A stretch of 64,000 nucleotides of DNA, from the NCBI GenBank assembly GCA_041641295.1, contig JBEPYO010000001.1:672001-736000 (forward strand). Direction: 5' to 3'. Of the stretch, positions 37,124-45,758 are shown one piece after another. Position 1 is the stretch's first letter; the number at the start of each line of letters is the position of its first letter. The notes under the pieces were generated by a model that worked only from the letters and a program-made list of their open reading frames with translations, had not been told where the DNA came from and did no database searches. Both the position numbers and the translations under genes were made by a program. Source of the stretch: Nitrososphaerota archaeon (GTDB taxonomy: Archaea; Thermoproteota; Nitrososphaeria_A; Caldarchaeales; Calditenuaceae).

Positions 37124-38971
37124 TTGGGCAGGGAGAAGATAGTCCCGGACACTAGTGTGCTGATTAACCGGATCCTCTCCTCCATGTTGGAGCGCGGAGA
37201 ACTGAGGGATGCTGAGATTGTTATTCCGATGGCCGCGCTTGATGAGCTTCAGGCGCAGGCTTCGAGGGGGAGGGCTGAAGGGTTTGTCGGGATTAATGAG
37301 GTGAAGCGGATTAGGGAGCTTGCCGCGGCTCATGGGGTTGAGGTTAGGTTTGCAGGTGAGAGGCCGAGCCTCGAGGATATCCGGTTAGCGCGGGGTGGGA
37401 GGATAGACGCTCTTATCCGGGATGTAGCCCGTATGGAGGGCGGAACTCTCTACACCTCAGACTATGTACAGTATCTTGTGGCGGAGGCTGAGGGTGTAGC
37501 GGCTAGACATTTTAAAGTTACGGAGCCGAGGAGGGAGCCTCCCTTCCAGCAATACTTTACGGAAGACACTATGAGCCTCCACCTGAAGGTTGGTGCGCCG
37601 CCAATGGCGAAGAGGGGTAGGCCCGGGAACTTCACACTCGTCAAACTCAGAGAAGAGCCCTTCACCCGCGAAGAGGCGGAAGCCATGATAAACGATATCA
37701 TGTGGCTGGTACAGCACAGCGAAGACTCATCAATAGAGATCTCCCGGAGTGGGGCATCAGTCATCCAGATGGGCCAGTACCGCATCTCAATGACTAGGCC
37801 TCCGTTCAGCGACGATATCGAGATAACTGTTGTCAGACCAATAACCAAGCTCACAATATACGACTACAACCTGTCGGAGAAGCTTTTCCAACGCTTGTCC
37901 ACCAAGGCGGAGGGAATACTCATAGCCGGGCCTCCCGGCTCGGGCAAGACAACTTTCGCCTCAAGCCTCGCCGAGTACTACTGGAGCCTCGGAAAGATTG
38001 TCAAGACATTTGAGTCGCCGCGAGACCTTCAGGTCGGCCCGGAGATAACACAGTTCGGACCGCTGGAGGGCGACTTCGAGAAGAGCGCCGAGATCCTCCT
38101 CCTAATCAGGCCTGACTTCACCATATTCGACGAGATGAGGAAGCAGAGGGACTTCCAAGTCTACGTCGACATGAGGCTTGCCGGTGTGGGGATGGTCGGC
38201 GTAATACATGCGAGCGACCCCATAGACGCGATTCAGCGCTTCATCTCCAAGGTAGACCTAGGACTCCTCCCCTACATAGTCGACACAGTCATCTTCATCA
38301 GGAATGGCCGGGTTGAAAGGGTCTACGAGCTAAGGCAAACCGTTCGTGTTCCAACGGGCATGTCTGACAGAGACTTGGCGAGACCAATAGTCGAGGTAGT
38401 CGACCTAGAAACCTCGAGGCTTGAGTATGAAATCTACGTCTTCGGAGAGCAGGTTACAGTGGTTAAGCTGGCAGACCGAGAAGTAAAGACAGTTGACGTT
38501 GACAGAGCTGTGAACATGGTTTCAAGGGCCTTGGGACGCCTCCTCAGAGATTTTCAAGTCTCCCTAGAAGATGGAAAGGTTGTGGTCAGGTGCGAGCGGG
38601 AGGACTTGGCGAGGCTCCTCAAATACCATGCCAAGAGCATTAGGAGGCTTGAAAAGAGGCTTGGGGTCGAGATCGAACTGGTCCCTAAGCTCCTGACCAT
38701 GGGGGAGGAGATAGAGTGTACTGTGAGCGAGGGTGGCGCCTCGGTTGAGCTCAGGCTACCGGAGGAGAGGGAGGGTGAGAGGGTCGCGGTATATGTTGGG
38801 GACAAGTTCGTAACTCTGGCTACAGTCGGTAAGGGAGGGAGAATCAGGCTCTCAAAGAAGGGAGACGCAGGAGCGGAGATCATGAAGAATCTCATGAAGG
38901 GGGAGAGAGTACGTGTATTCAGCATAAGCGGTAGGGAGAGACCGAACGCGTCTAAATTGCAGAAAAGCTAG
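37124..38971 (+). CDS. PIN-domain ATPase (PINA) with KH-like domain
   Basis: VPDTS (PIN), GPPGSGKTT, ESPRDLQ, FDE.R and D.RLAGVG.VGV.HA motifs. Confidence 0.92.
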   Translation: MGREKIVPDTSVLINRILSSMLERGELRDAEIVIPMAALDELQAQASRGRAEGFVGINEVKRIRELAAAHGVEVRFAGERPSLEDIRLARGGRIDALIRDVARMEGGTLYTSDYVQYLVAEAEGVAARHFKVTEPRREPPFQQYFTEDTMSLHLKVGAPPMAKRGRPGNFTLVKLREEPFTREEAEAMINDIMWLVQHSEDSSIEISRSGASVIQMGQYRISMTRPPFSDDIEITVVRPITKLTIYDYNLSEKLFQRLSTKAEGILIAGPPGSGKTTFASSLAEYYWSLGKIVKTFESPRDLQVGPEITQFGPLEGDFEKSAEILLLIRPDFTIFDEMRKQRDFQVYVDMRLAGVGMVGVIHASDPIDAIQRFISKVDLGLLPYIVDTVIFIRNGRVERVYELRQTVRVPTGMSDRDLARPIVEVVDLETSRLEYEIYVFGEQVTVVKLADREVKTVDVDRAVNMVSRALGRLLRDFQVSLEDGKVVVRCEREDLARLLKYHAKSIRRLEKRLGVEIELVPKLLTMGEEIECTVSEGGASVELRLPEEREGERVAVYVGDKFVTLATVGKGGRIRLSKKGDAGAEIMKNLMKGERVRVFSISGRERPNASKLQKS

Positions 38972-38989
38972 ATGAGACGGCTTTGAGAG

Positions 38990-39322
38990 ATGCGGAGGCT
39001 GGGTGCTGGCTCGGGTATGGCGCCAGTTGAGGGGGGCCGTCCACGTGGAGGGAAAGAATACAGGTCTCGGCTTAGAATCTACGTAGATATCTTAGAGTCT
39101 GTCTCCAATGAGGGCGCAGCCCGAGTAACCACTATCATGAGGGATGCGAATCTACCGTATGACAGGCTTGTTAAGTATTTGGACGAACTTGTGAGCCGCG
39201 GCCTCCTCGAGAGACGGGATGGTGGCCAACCCGTCTATACCCTAACGGCGAGCGGGGCCAAGTTTATAGAAGAGTTTAGGCGTTTCGAGGCCCTTGCCCG
39301 AGCCTTTGGGATAAAACCATAA
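38990..39322 (+). CDS. Winged-helix DNA-binding protein (archaeal HTH_45-like)
   Basis: YRS.L.IY.DIL, T.IM..ANL.Y....YL..L...GL and Y.LT..G motifs. Confidence 0.85.
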   Translation: MRRLGAGSGMAPVEGGRPRGGKEYRSRLRIYVDILESVSNEGAARVTTIMRDANLPYDRLVKYLDELVSRGLLERRDGGQPVYTLTASGAKFIEEFRRFEALARAFGIKP

Positions 39323-39402
39323 TTCCTTCACTGGGCTGCTATGGAAATTTTTTCTGGTATAGGCTTAAATCCGCGCCAACTGTACGAGTTGGTGGGTTAG
39401 TT

Positions 39403-40395
39403 TTGCCCTCATCGATAAGTGGGGGTCGAGGTGGTGAATCCCCGCTGGGACTCAAAAACACTCTCGCCGGCCGGGACATTATTAGCTGCAGAGACCTAAG
39501 CCGCGAGGATGCAGAGCTAGTCTTCAGCCTAGCGGAGGAAGTCAATTCGGGCACCATTCATTTAGAAGATACGCTCGCCGGTAAGAAAGTTGCGTTAATC
39601 TTTGTCGAGCCTTCAACAAGGACTTTCCAGAGCTTCTACGTGGCTGCGAGGTCGCTCGGCGCAGAGGTCCTCTCGATACACGACCCCGCGGTATCCTCTA
39701 TTGCGAAGGGAGAGACACTCTATGATACTGTGAAGATGATTGAGGGTTATGGGGCGGACTGTATCGTTTTGAGACATCCTGCACGCGGGTCGGCAAGGTT
39801 TGCGGCGGAGGCAGCCGCCGTGCCTGTCATCAACGCGGGCAGCGGTAGCCAAGAGCACCCAACACAGGCCCTACTTGATGTATTCACAATCAAGTCTAGG
39901 CTTGGCCAGGTCGACGGGGTCAAGATAGGCATGTTGGGAGATCTCAGATACTCGAGGACCATCCCCTCGCTCTGCTATCTCCTAGCAAAATATAACGGGG
40001 TCAAGATATTCTTCATGGCACCACCTCTTCTCCAAGTCAGAAGAGAGGTAGAACTCTACCTCGCCGAGAAGGGTGTGACTTATAGGAAGGCCGTAGAGGC
40101 TGATGAGATTAAAGAAATGATGCCTGAGCTGGATGTCTTGTATGTGACACGCATCCAGAAGGAGAGGTTTCCCGACCCGACAGAGTATGAGCGTGTGAGG
40201 GGGTCATACGTCGTCGACGCCAAACTCCTAGCTTATGGCAGGAGGGATTTGGGGGTCATGCATCCGCTCCCTAGGGTTGATGAGCTATCCCCTGAAGTGG
40301 ATAAGCTCCCCAACGCGTGGTATTTCGAGCAGGCTAGGAATGGCCTTCCTATTAGGAAGGCACTCCTACACCTGGTGCTCGGTGGGGCGGGATGA
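39403..40395 (+). CDS. pyrB: Aspartate carbamoyltransferase catalytic subunit
   Basis: EPSTRT, KGETL.DT, INAG.G..EHPTQ, RIQKERF and HPLPR motifs. The start may be CTG 39445. Confidence 0.97.
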   Translation: MPSSISGGRGGESPLGLKNTLAGRDIISCRDLSREDAELVFSLAEEVNSGTIHLEDTLAGKKVALIFVEPSTRTFQSFYVAARSLGAEVLSIHDPAVSSIAKGETLYDTVKMIEGYGADCIVLRHPARGSARFAAEAAAVPVINAGSGSQEHPTQALLDVFTIKSRLGQVDGVKIGMLGDLRYSRTIPSLCYLLAKYNGVKIFFMAPPLLQVRREVELYLAEKGVTYRKAVEADEIKEMMPELDVLYVTRIQKERFPDPTEYERVRGSYVVDAKLLAYGRRDLGVMHPLPRVDELSPEVDKLPNAWYFEQARNGLPIRKALLHLVLGGAG

Positions 40396-40868
40396 GCGGC
40401 GAGTCGCTCCTAGTGAGAAAGATTGACTGGGGCACCGTACTCGACCACATACCGGCCTGGAAGGCAGACCAAGTGATAAAACTCCTGAACTTAGAGTCTC
40501 TTAAACAAAACCCCGACGTCTCAGTCATAGTGCTCCACAACGTCCCAAGCAAAAAGCTAGGCAGGAAAGACATTGTGAAGCTATACCACTATATGGTCAG
40601 TGAGGATGAGGCCGAGATACTCGCACTAGTCCTCCCCCAGATAACTATCAACTACATCAGGGACTGGAAGGTCGAGAAGCATAGTCCAGGTCTGCCTGAG
40701 AAGATTGTGGGGAAGATACGCTGTCCTGAGACTACTTGCATTACAAACGTGGAGAGGGAGCCTGCGACTCCACGCTACATTGTTATGAAGGAGCATGGCG
40801 TTATAGCCTGCGAGTACTGCGACACCCTGCTAGAGATAGAGCGGATTCCAGATTTTCTGGTCGGCTAG
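40392..40868 (+). CDS. pyrI: Aspartate carbamoyltransferase regulatory subunit
   Basis: GTVLDHI, NVPS.K.GRKDI.K and C....CI...C.YC motifs. Confidence 0.95.
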   Translation: MSGESLLVRKIDWGTVLDHIPAWKADQVIKLLNLESLKQNPDVSVIVLHNVPSKKLGRKDIVKLYHYMVSEDEAEILALVLPQITINYIRDWKVEKHSPGLPEKIVGKIRCPETTCITNVEREPATPRYIVMKEHGVIACEYCDTLLEIERIPDFLVG

Positions 40869-40878
40869 TGAGTCCCGT

Positions 40879-41850
40879 TTGGCCCCGGAATGGAGATGTA
40901 TTGATCCACACGTGCATTGCAGGGATTGGAAGGAGGCCTACAAGTCGACAATCGGGGAGGTCGCTGAACTTGCTAGGAGTCAGGGAGTGGTAGCTATCCT
41001 CGACATGCCGAATACTGACCCACCGATCACTAGCTTGGAGCTTGCGGAGAGGCGGCTAGAGACCGCGAGGCGAGAGGGCGTAGAGAGGGGCTACTACCTA
41101 TACCTAGCGGCCACTCCGGATGAAGGACAGCTCGAGAGGGCCGTGGATGCAGCCAAGAAGCTGAGACGGGTGGCCGGGTTCAAAATGTATACAGCACCGA
41201 TGAAGGGCTTGGAGGCCAAGGAGCTAGAGAGTCAACGCCTCGTCTACCGAAAGCTGAGCGAGCTGGGCTACAGGGGCGTTATAGCGGTTCACTGTGAGAA
41301 GGTGAGTCTCTTTCGCGAAGACCTGTGGGACCCAAAACAGCCTTGGACATGGAATCTCTGTAGACCCCCGGAGGCGGAGGCCGAGTCTGTCAAGGACCAG
41401 ATATCGCTCGCAATTGAGACAGGTTTCTCCGGGACTCTCTACCTAGTCCACATAAGCAACCCAGTGTCCCTAGACCACATAAACAGGGGGAGGGAGCAGG
41501 GCCTCCGCGTAGTCTGTGGAGTAACGCCTCACCACCTCATGCTGAGCGTCGAGGATATGGCCGGGCCTGGCGGCGTAGCACTTAAGGTGAATCCGCCGCT
41601 TAGGGAGAAGAGGCTTGCTAAGGAGCTTCTCGAACGGGTCAAGAACGGTGAGGTTGACTTCCTCGAGACGGACCACGCACCGCACGCGCCGTGGGAGAAG
41701 TATGGGCCGCCATACCTATCAGGGATAAGAAGCCTCGAGAGCTACTCGAAGTGTGTCAGATGGCTCATGGAGAATCATATACCCGAGAAGACTCTCAGAG
41801 AGATGACCTACGATAATGCAAAGCGGGTATTCCCGATGATTGAGGAATGA
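40879..41850 (+). CDS. pyrC: Dihydroorotase
   Basis: IDPHVH.R, DMPNT.P, TPHHL, KVNPPLR and TDHAPH motifs; operon with pyrBI. Confidence 0.93.
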   Translation: MAPEWRCIDPHVHCRDWKEAYKSTIGEVAELARSQGVVAILDMPNTDPPITSLELAERRLETARREGVERGYYLYLAATPDEGQLERAVDAAKKLRRVAGFKMYTAPMKGLEAKELESQRLVYRKLSELGYRGVIAVHCEKVSLFREDLWDPKQPWTWNLCRPPEAEAESVKDQISLAIETGFSGTLYLVHISNPVSLDHINRGREQGLRVVCGVTPHHLMLSVEDMAGPGGVALKVNPPLREKRLAKELLERVKNGEVDFLETDHAPHAPWEKYGPPYLSGIRSLESYSKCVRWLMENHIPEKTLREMTYDNAKRVFPMIEE

Positions 41851-41860
41851 GATATCGCGT

Positions 41861-42694
41861 CTAAGCGGCTGAAAGGGCTTTCAGAGAGTCTAACATCCTC
41901 TGGTGGATGGTGCAGAGTCTCCCGTTCCTGATCTGGGCCTCAACTAGTTCCTCATGAGTGTGGGCGTTGTATAGTCTGCACCTCATGTCGCTACAGAATG
42001 CCTCGCCGAAGAGGTAGTAGAAGACCCCCATAAGCGCGTAGCCCTTAACAACCTCGGTTAGCCTCTCATCATCTGGGGAGAGGACCTCTTCCCCTAGCTT
42101 TCGCCTCTCCTCCTCGAGGATGAGCTGCTGCATATCTGGACTCCTTAAGAGCTGGAGCTTGACGTAGACGTCCCTCGGGAGGGCTGGAGCCTCTACGAGA
42201 CCCGTCGTCGATATGAGGACGGGCTGGCCAAGTATTATGGTCCTAGCGTGGCCTCTCCCCTCGCCCAGCTCCTTCGTGACTAGCATCCTCTGAGTCAGTA
42301 TAGTGTGTAGCGTACCGTATCTCAGCTCGTCGGGTGGTATGAGTGATCGGAAGAGGGTTTGTAGCATGTAGCCCTCGTAGAGGATGCCTCCAACCCTCCT
42401 GGCAGGGTTTAACAACATTCTCTCCTCGAAGGCAACCTCACCTGGCAGCGGTTCACCCACAGGCTCACACATCAAAACATCAACAACCCTCGCGGCGGCT
42501 ATAGATGATGAGAGGCGCCTCGGCTCCGCGCCCCAGTGCTCTCGAGCGTGTGTCAGGAATTCGCCTCTTATCTCGACGCTGCAGAGGGGTATCTGTCCCT
42601 GAAGGTACTCGGCCAGCTCGGAGTATCTGATTACACGCGTTGATGGGTCTTTGTAGATGTATAGCTTGAGCCTTCTATAGGGCTTGAGGGTCAA
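41861..42694 (-). CDS. DUF6775-like / archaemetzincin-like protein
   Basis: IST.G.VEAPA.PR..Y and FC....C...NAH...Q.....LC..H motifs; no HExxH. Confidence 0.65.
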   Translation of the reverse strand: MTLKPYRRLKLYIYKDPSTRVIRYSELAEYLQGQIPLCSVEIRGEFLTHAREHWGAEPRRLSSSIAAARVVDVLMCEPVGEPLPGEVAFEERMLLNPARRVGGILYEGYMLQTLFRSLIPPDELRYGTLHTILTQRMLVTKELGEGRGHARTIILGQPVLISTTGLVEAPALPRDVYVKLQLLRSPDMQQLILEEERRKLGEEVLSPDDERLTEVVKGYALMGVFYYLFGEAFCSDMRCRLYNAHTHEELVEAQIRNGRLCTIHQRMLDSLKALSAA

Positions 42695-42709
42695 ACAGTT
42701 CCCAGCGCG

Positions 42710-43507
42710 CTAGACGGCCTCGGCCTCCAGCTTCTTGAGCTCTTCTAGAGCTATCTCTGCCGCCCTCTTTCCTGATAATAGCATCGCCCCGAAGGTCGGC
42801 CCCATCCTCGGCAGACCATAGGTCTCCACCACGGCCATCCCCGCAACTATCAGCCCCGGGTAGACGACACCGGTATACTCGACCACTGCGTCCTCAGACC
42901 TCTCCACCCACATCGCCCCCATACCCCGAATCTTAACAAGACCCCGCGCCTCGAGCTTCTTCACGGCAGCGGCGTCATGCCCAGAGGCGTCAATCACAAG
43001 GCTAGCCTCCAAGGCTATCGGATCGACACAGGTAATCTGTCTTGGAAGGCCCTCGACTGGTGTCCAGTTAACCACGACGCCCCTAACTGCATTATCTCTC
43101 ACCACCACGTCGTCGAGCTTTGTAAGGTTGAGGAATTTGACGCCGGCGTCGCAGGCGGAGGCTATGAGTTTGGAGCATGCATGGGGTCCATGAGCGACGT
43201 ACAGTCCCTCGACATATTTCTTATATGGGACTCCGAGCTCGTCTAGTATCTCTTGAGCTGGGGCCCTGAAGGTTACAGGATTCATCAGGTATCCGCCGAT
43301 CCAGAACCCCCCGCCGAGGTAGTTGTTCTGCTCAATCACTAGGACACGCACCCCATTCTTCGCCAGTTCCCTAGCCGCCATCAGACCCGCAGGACCGGCA
43401 CCCACCACTATCACGTCACTCCGCGCATACTCGCTGAACATTTCTATGAATGATGAGGCTATGGCCCTTGTAATGTCCGACTCTTTAACAGGGCTGAAGA
43501 TTGGCAC
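42710..43507 (-). CDS. thi4: Thiazole synthase Thi4 (Cys-type)
   Basis: GAGPAG, GGG.W.GG, CVDP, GHD and PRMGP.FG.M..SG motifs. Confidence 0.96.
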   Translation of the reverse strand: MPIFSPVKESDITRAIASSFIEMFSEYARSDVIVVGAGPAGLMAARELAKNGVRVLVIEQNNYLGGGFWIGGYLMNPVTFRAPAQEILDELGVPYKKYVEGLYVAHGPHACSKLIASACDAGVKFLNLTKLDDVVVRDNAVRGVVVNWTPVEGLPRQITCVDPIALEASLVIDASGHDAAAVKKLEARGLVKIRGMGAMWVERSEDAVVEYTGVVYPGLIVAGMAVVETYGLPRMGPTFGAMLLSGKRAAEIALEELKKLEAEAV

Positions 43508-43927
43508 GATGCTCCTTTGTGGCGCCTAGGCTTTAAACTAGGATATAAGTCGGTTATGGGTTCAGAGCTGCGTTTTATCTAGCGGGTATGGTTGACGCCT
43601 ACAAAACTAGGCAGGAAGGGTGAGGGGAGAAATATTAGAAAAGCTGCGAGCCGCTGCTTAGCCATCTAAGCTCCGTGTCATGGTCTTGGGCTTCGACCCC
43701 TCACCCCTTTCCCTTTTAAATACGAGCTGAAACCCAATCCCCACACCAATTTCTACACCCATGGCTTGACGGTATTCTCCCCCAAGTTGGCTTTTGAGCC
43801 TGTCTATTCTAGTCCGTCCCCCTGATGACTACTATTTCCTAGGTATAGCCAGCATAGGCTTCCCCCACAACTATAGCCAAATATTTTAAGTGAGGAGGTT
43901 TACAATTATAGCTGGAAGGGGAGTACC

Positions 43928-44683
43928 ATGTTTACTATGAGGCTTCCCAACGCAGATTACGCTGCAGACCTCTTTAAGGCGGTAGCCGCAGTAGTTGACG
44001 AGGCCTCATTCAAGGTTACTCAGGACTCGTTAAGGCTCGTGTCTATGGATCCCGCGCATGTGAGTCTTGTAGACTTTGAGCTGAGGAAGGAGGCCGCAGA
44101 GGAGTTCGTGGCAGACAAGGAGACGGAGCTGACAGTCAACCTTCAGGAGCTGCTCAAATTCCTCAAAAGGGCGAAGAAGGGCGAGTCACTGACACTCGTC
44201 TACGAGGAGGAGAAGAGGAAGCTGAACATAATACTGACAGACCCGACCAAGTCGCGGGAGAGGAGGTACCAGCTCAACACCCTCGAGCCCGTAGCCGGTA
44301 CTAGCGCCTCTCCCAAGCTAGTCTTCGAGGCTAGGGCGAGGGTAAACTCTGAGGCACTGTGGGAGGCCGTCGAGGACGCAAGCCTAGTCTCAGACTCTGT
44401 CAAGATAATCATCCAGCCCTCCGCTGTGATATTGATGGCTAAAGGCGACATGGGAGTGGTTGAGAACAAGCTCTCAAGGGATGGCGCGCTAGTGTATGAG
44501 GTGGAGGCCCCCCACGAGGTTGTAGCAAGCTTCAGCCTCGCCTACCTAGAGCGGATAGTCAAGCCGGGGCGGGACTTATCCGAGGAGACGCTCATACAGC
44601 TTAGCAGCAACAAGCCGATAAAGCTGACCTTCACTCTTCCCGCAGGCAGGCTTGAATACCTCATAGCGCCTAGGCTGGAGTGA
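43928..44683 (+). CDS. pcn: DNA polymerase sliding clamp PCNA
   Basis: MDPAHVSLV, FSL.YL and Y.IAPR motifs. Confidence 0.95.
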   Translation: MFTMRLPNADYAADLFKAVAAVVDEASFKVTQDSLRLVSMDPAHVSLVDFELRKEAAEEFVADKETELTVNLQELLKFLKRAKKGESLTLVYEEEKRKLNIILTDPTKSRERRYQLNTLEPVAGTSASPKLVFEARARVNSEALWEAVEDASLVSDSVKIIIQPSAVILMAKGDMGVVENKLSRDGALVYEVEAPHEVVASFSLAYLERIVKPGRDLSEETLIQLSSNKPIKLTFTLPAGRLEYLIAPRLE

Positions 44684-44799
44684 GGCCGGATACCCTTTCT
44701 TTCATCCCTGCAGGAAATCACTTTCTGTGAAATGTTTTTAAGTGGATTACGCAAGCTGCGGTAGGCTTTAATGACAAGACAACACCTACATATTTATCA

Positions 44800-45498
44800 G
44801 TGAGCAGAGACCAGCCGGGTGAGCGGGAGGTAGCCAAGCAGGCTGATAGGCCTTCTGAGAGTGATTTTGCGAGGGACATTAACGCGCTAGTGGAGAGGCT
44901 AGCAGAGGTACTGGGCCAGTCTCTCAGGGACCAGCTCTCCAAGATTGGGGCTAAGCTCATAGACATGCATCAGAGAGGGCTTGTTAAGATCAACCATTCC
45001 GTAATGGAGGTTATCTGTGCGGGCCACTTGGCGAGGCTGGGATACGAGGTGGACGTGGAGAGGTATCTCGGCGATGCGCTCGTCTGCGACGTCTTTGGCG
45101 AGAGGGGAGGTAGCACCCAGATCATCGAGATAGAAACTGGCTTCGCCCCGCCCGAGGCCGCCCTCGACCCCCAGAGGTATCTACGGGCACGCGTGGTTAG
45201 CAAGGTTGCGCGATATAGCAAATATGCAGACAAGTTCAGCCTAGCAACACCCCGCTACAACGTGCTAGAGATCCCGGAGCCCCTATTAAAGCCGCCGAGG
45301 CTTAGAGAGGCTGGAGAAGTAGAGTCGCTGAAGAGGCTCTGCGACATCTACTACAGCAGACCACCCATCCAGATAGACGAGCTGCGCAACTGCAGAATAC
45401 ACTCCATAATAGTCATCAACATCGACGATCTCGAGATGATAGAATATTCGCCGGAACAGTATTACGAGAAAGTCCTCAGACACGTGTTGGCTCCGTAA
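44800..45498 (+). CDS. Hypothetical protein, PD-(D/E)XK-like
   Basis: HS..E....GYEVDVE.....CDV.......IIEIETGF, followed by K.ARYS. Confidence 0.75.
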   Translation: MSRDQPGEREVAKQADRPSESDFARDINALVERLAEVLGQSLRDQLSKIGAKLIDMHQRGLVKINHSVMEVICAGHLARLGYEVDVERYLGDALVCDVFGERGGSTQIIEIETGFAPPEAALDPQRYLRARVVSKVARYSKYADKFSLATPRYNVLEIPEPLLKPPRLREAGEVESLKRLCDIYYSRPPIQIDELRNCRIHSIIVINIDDLEMIEYSPEQYYEKVLRHVLAP

Positions 45499-45504
45499 AA
45501 TAGG

Positions 45505-45687
45505 TGGGGCGCCTTTCGGGGAGGGCGCGCGACGTGCGTGTTAGACCCCTAGGCCCCACGCACACCGTGAGCACCATCCCCAATCTCTTTGCCCACGGTT
45601 TCCCGATGGGTCCACGAGACTGGAGATTCCTCGAGACGCCAGGCTATCCTGACGCCTCTTGGATCTCCCCTGTCCCGGGCGCCCCGC
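45505..45687 (-). ncRNA. Unassigned ~183-nt highly structured ncRNA (closing helix + three hairpins)
   Basis: Four helices of 8-12 bp, G-U pairs that work only on the minus strand, a GAAA tetraloop, TTTATATA ~23 nt upstream and TATTTT immediately downstream. Confidence 0.8.
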
Positions 45688-45709
45688 TGCATAGGAAACT
45701 AGGGTCTCC

Positions 45710-45717
45710 TATATAAA
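45710..45717 (-). promoter_or_regulatory. TATA box of the putative ncRNA
   Basis: TTTATATA preceded by GCAAAC (BRE-like); canonical spacing to G45687. Confidence 0.7.
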
Positions 45718-45758
45718 CGTTTGCATCAACTTATTTAGAATAATACGCAATTATTACT

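Noticed and set aside
43508-43927. TPP riboswitch upstream of thi4
   Set aside because: No CUGAGA / CCUGA...AAU...GCG.AGG core, and the thi4 TATA (TTTAAA 43532-43537) is only ~25 nt from the start, leaving no leader.
45505-45687. Identification of the structured RNA as RNase P RNA, SRP RNA, tRNA or tmRNA
   Set aside because: GAGGAATCTCC resembles RNase P CR-I, but there is no CR-V/P4 3' strand near the 3' end and its complement is local. There is no SRP helix-8 motif and it is too short for archaeal 7S. There is no T-loop or G3-U70.
45504-45716. 70-aa plus-strand ORF over the structured region
   Set aside because: Pro/Gly/Arg-rich with no recognisable motif; better explained as a by-product of the GC-rich minus-strand RNA.
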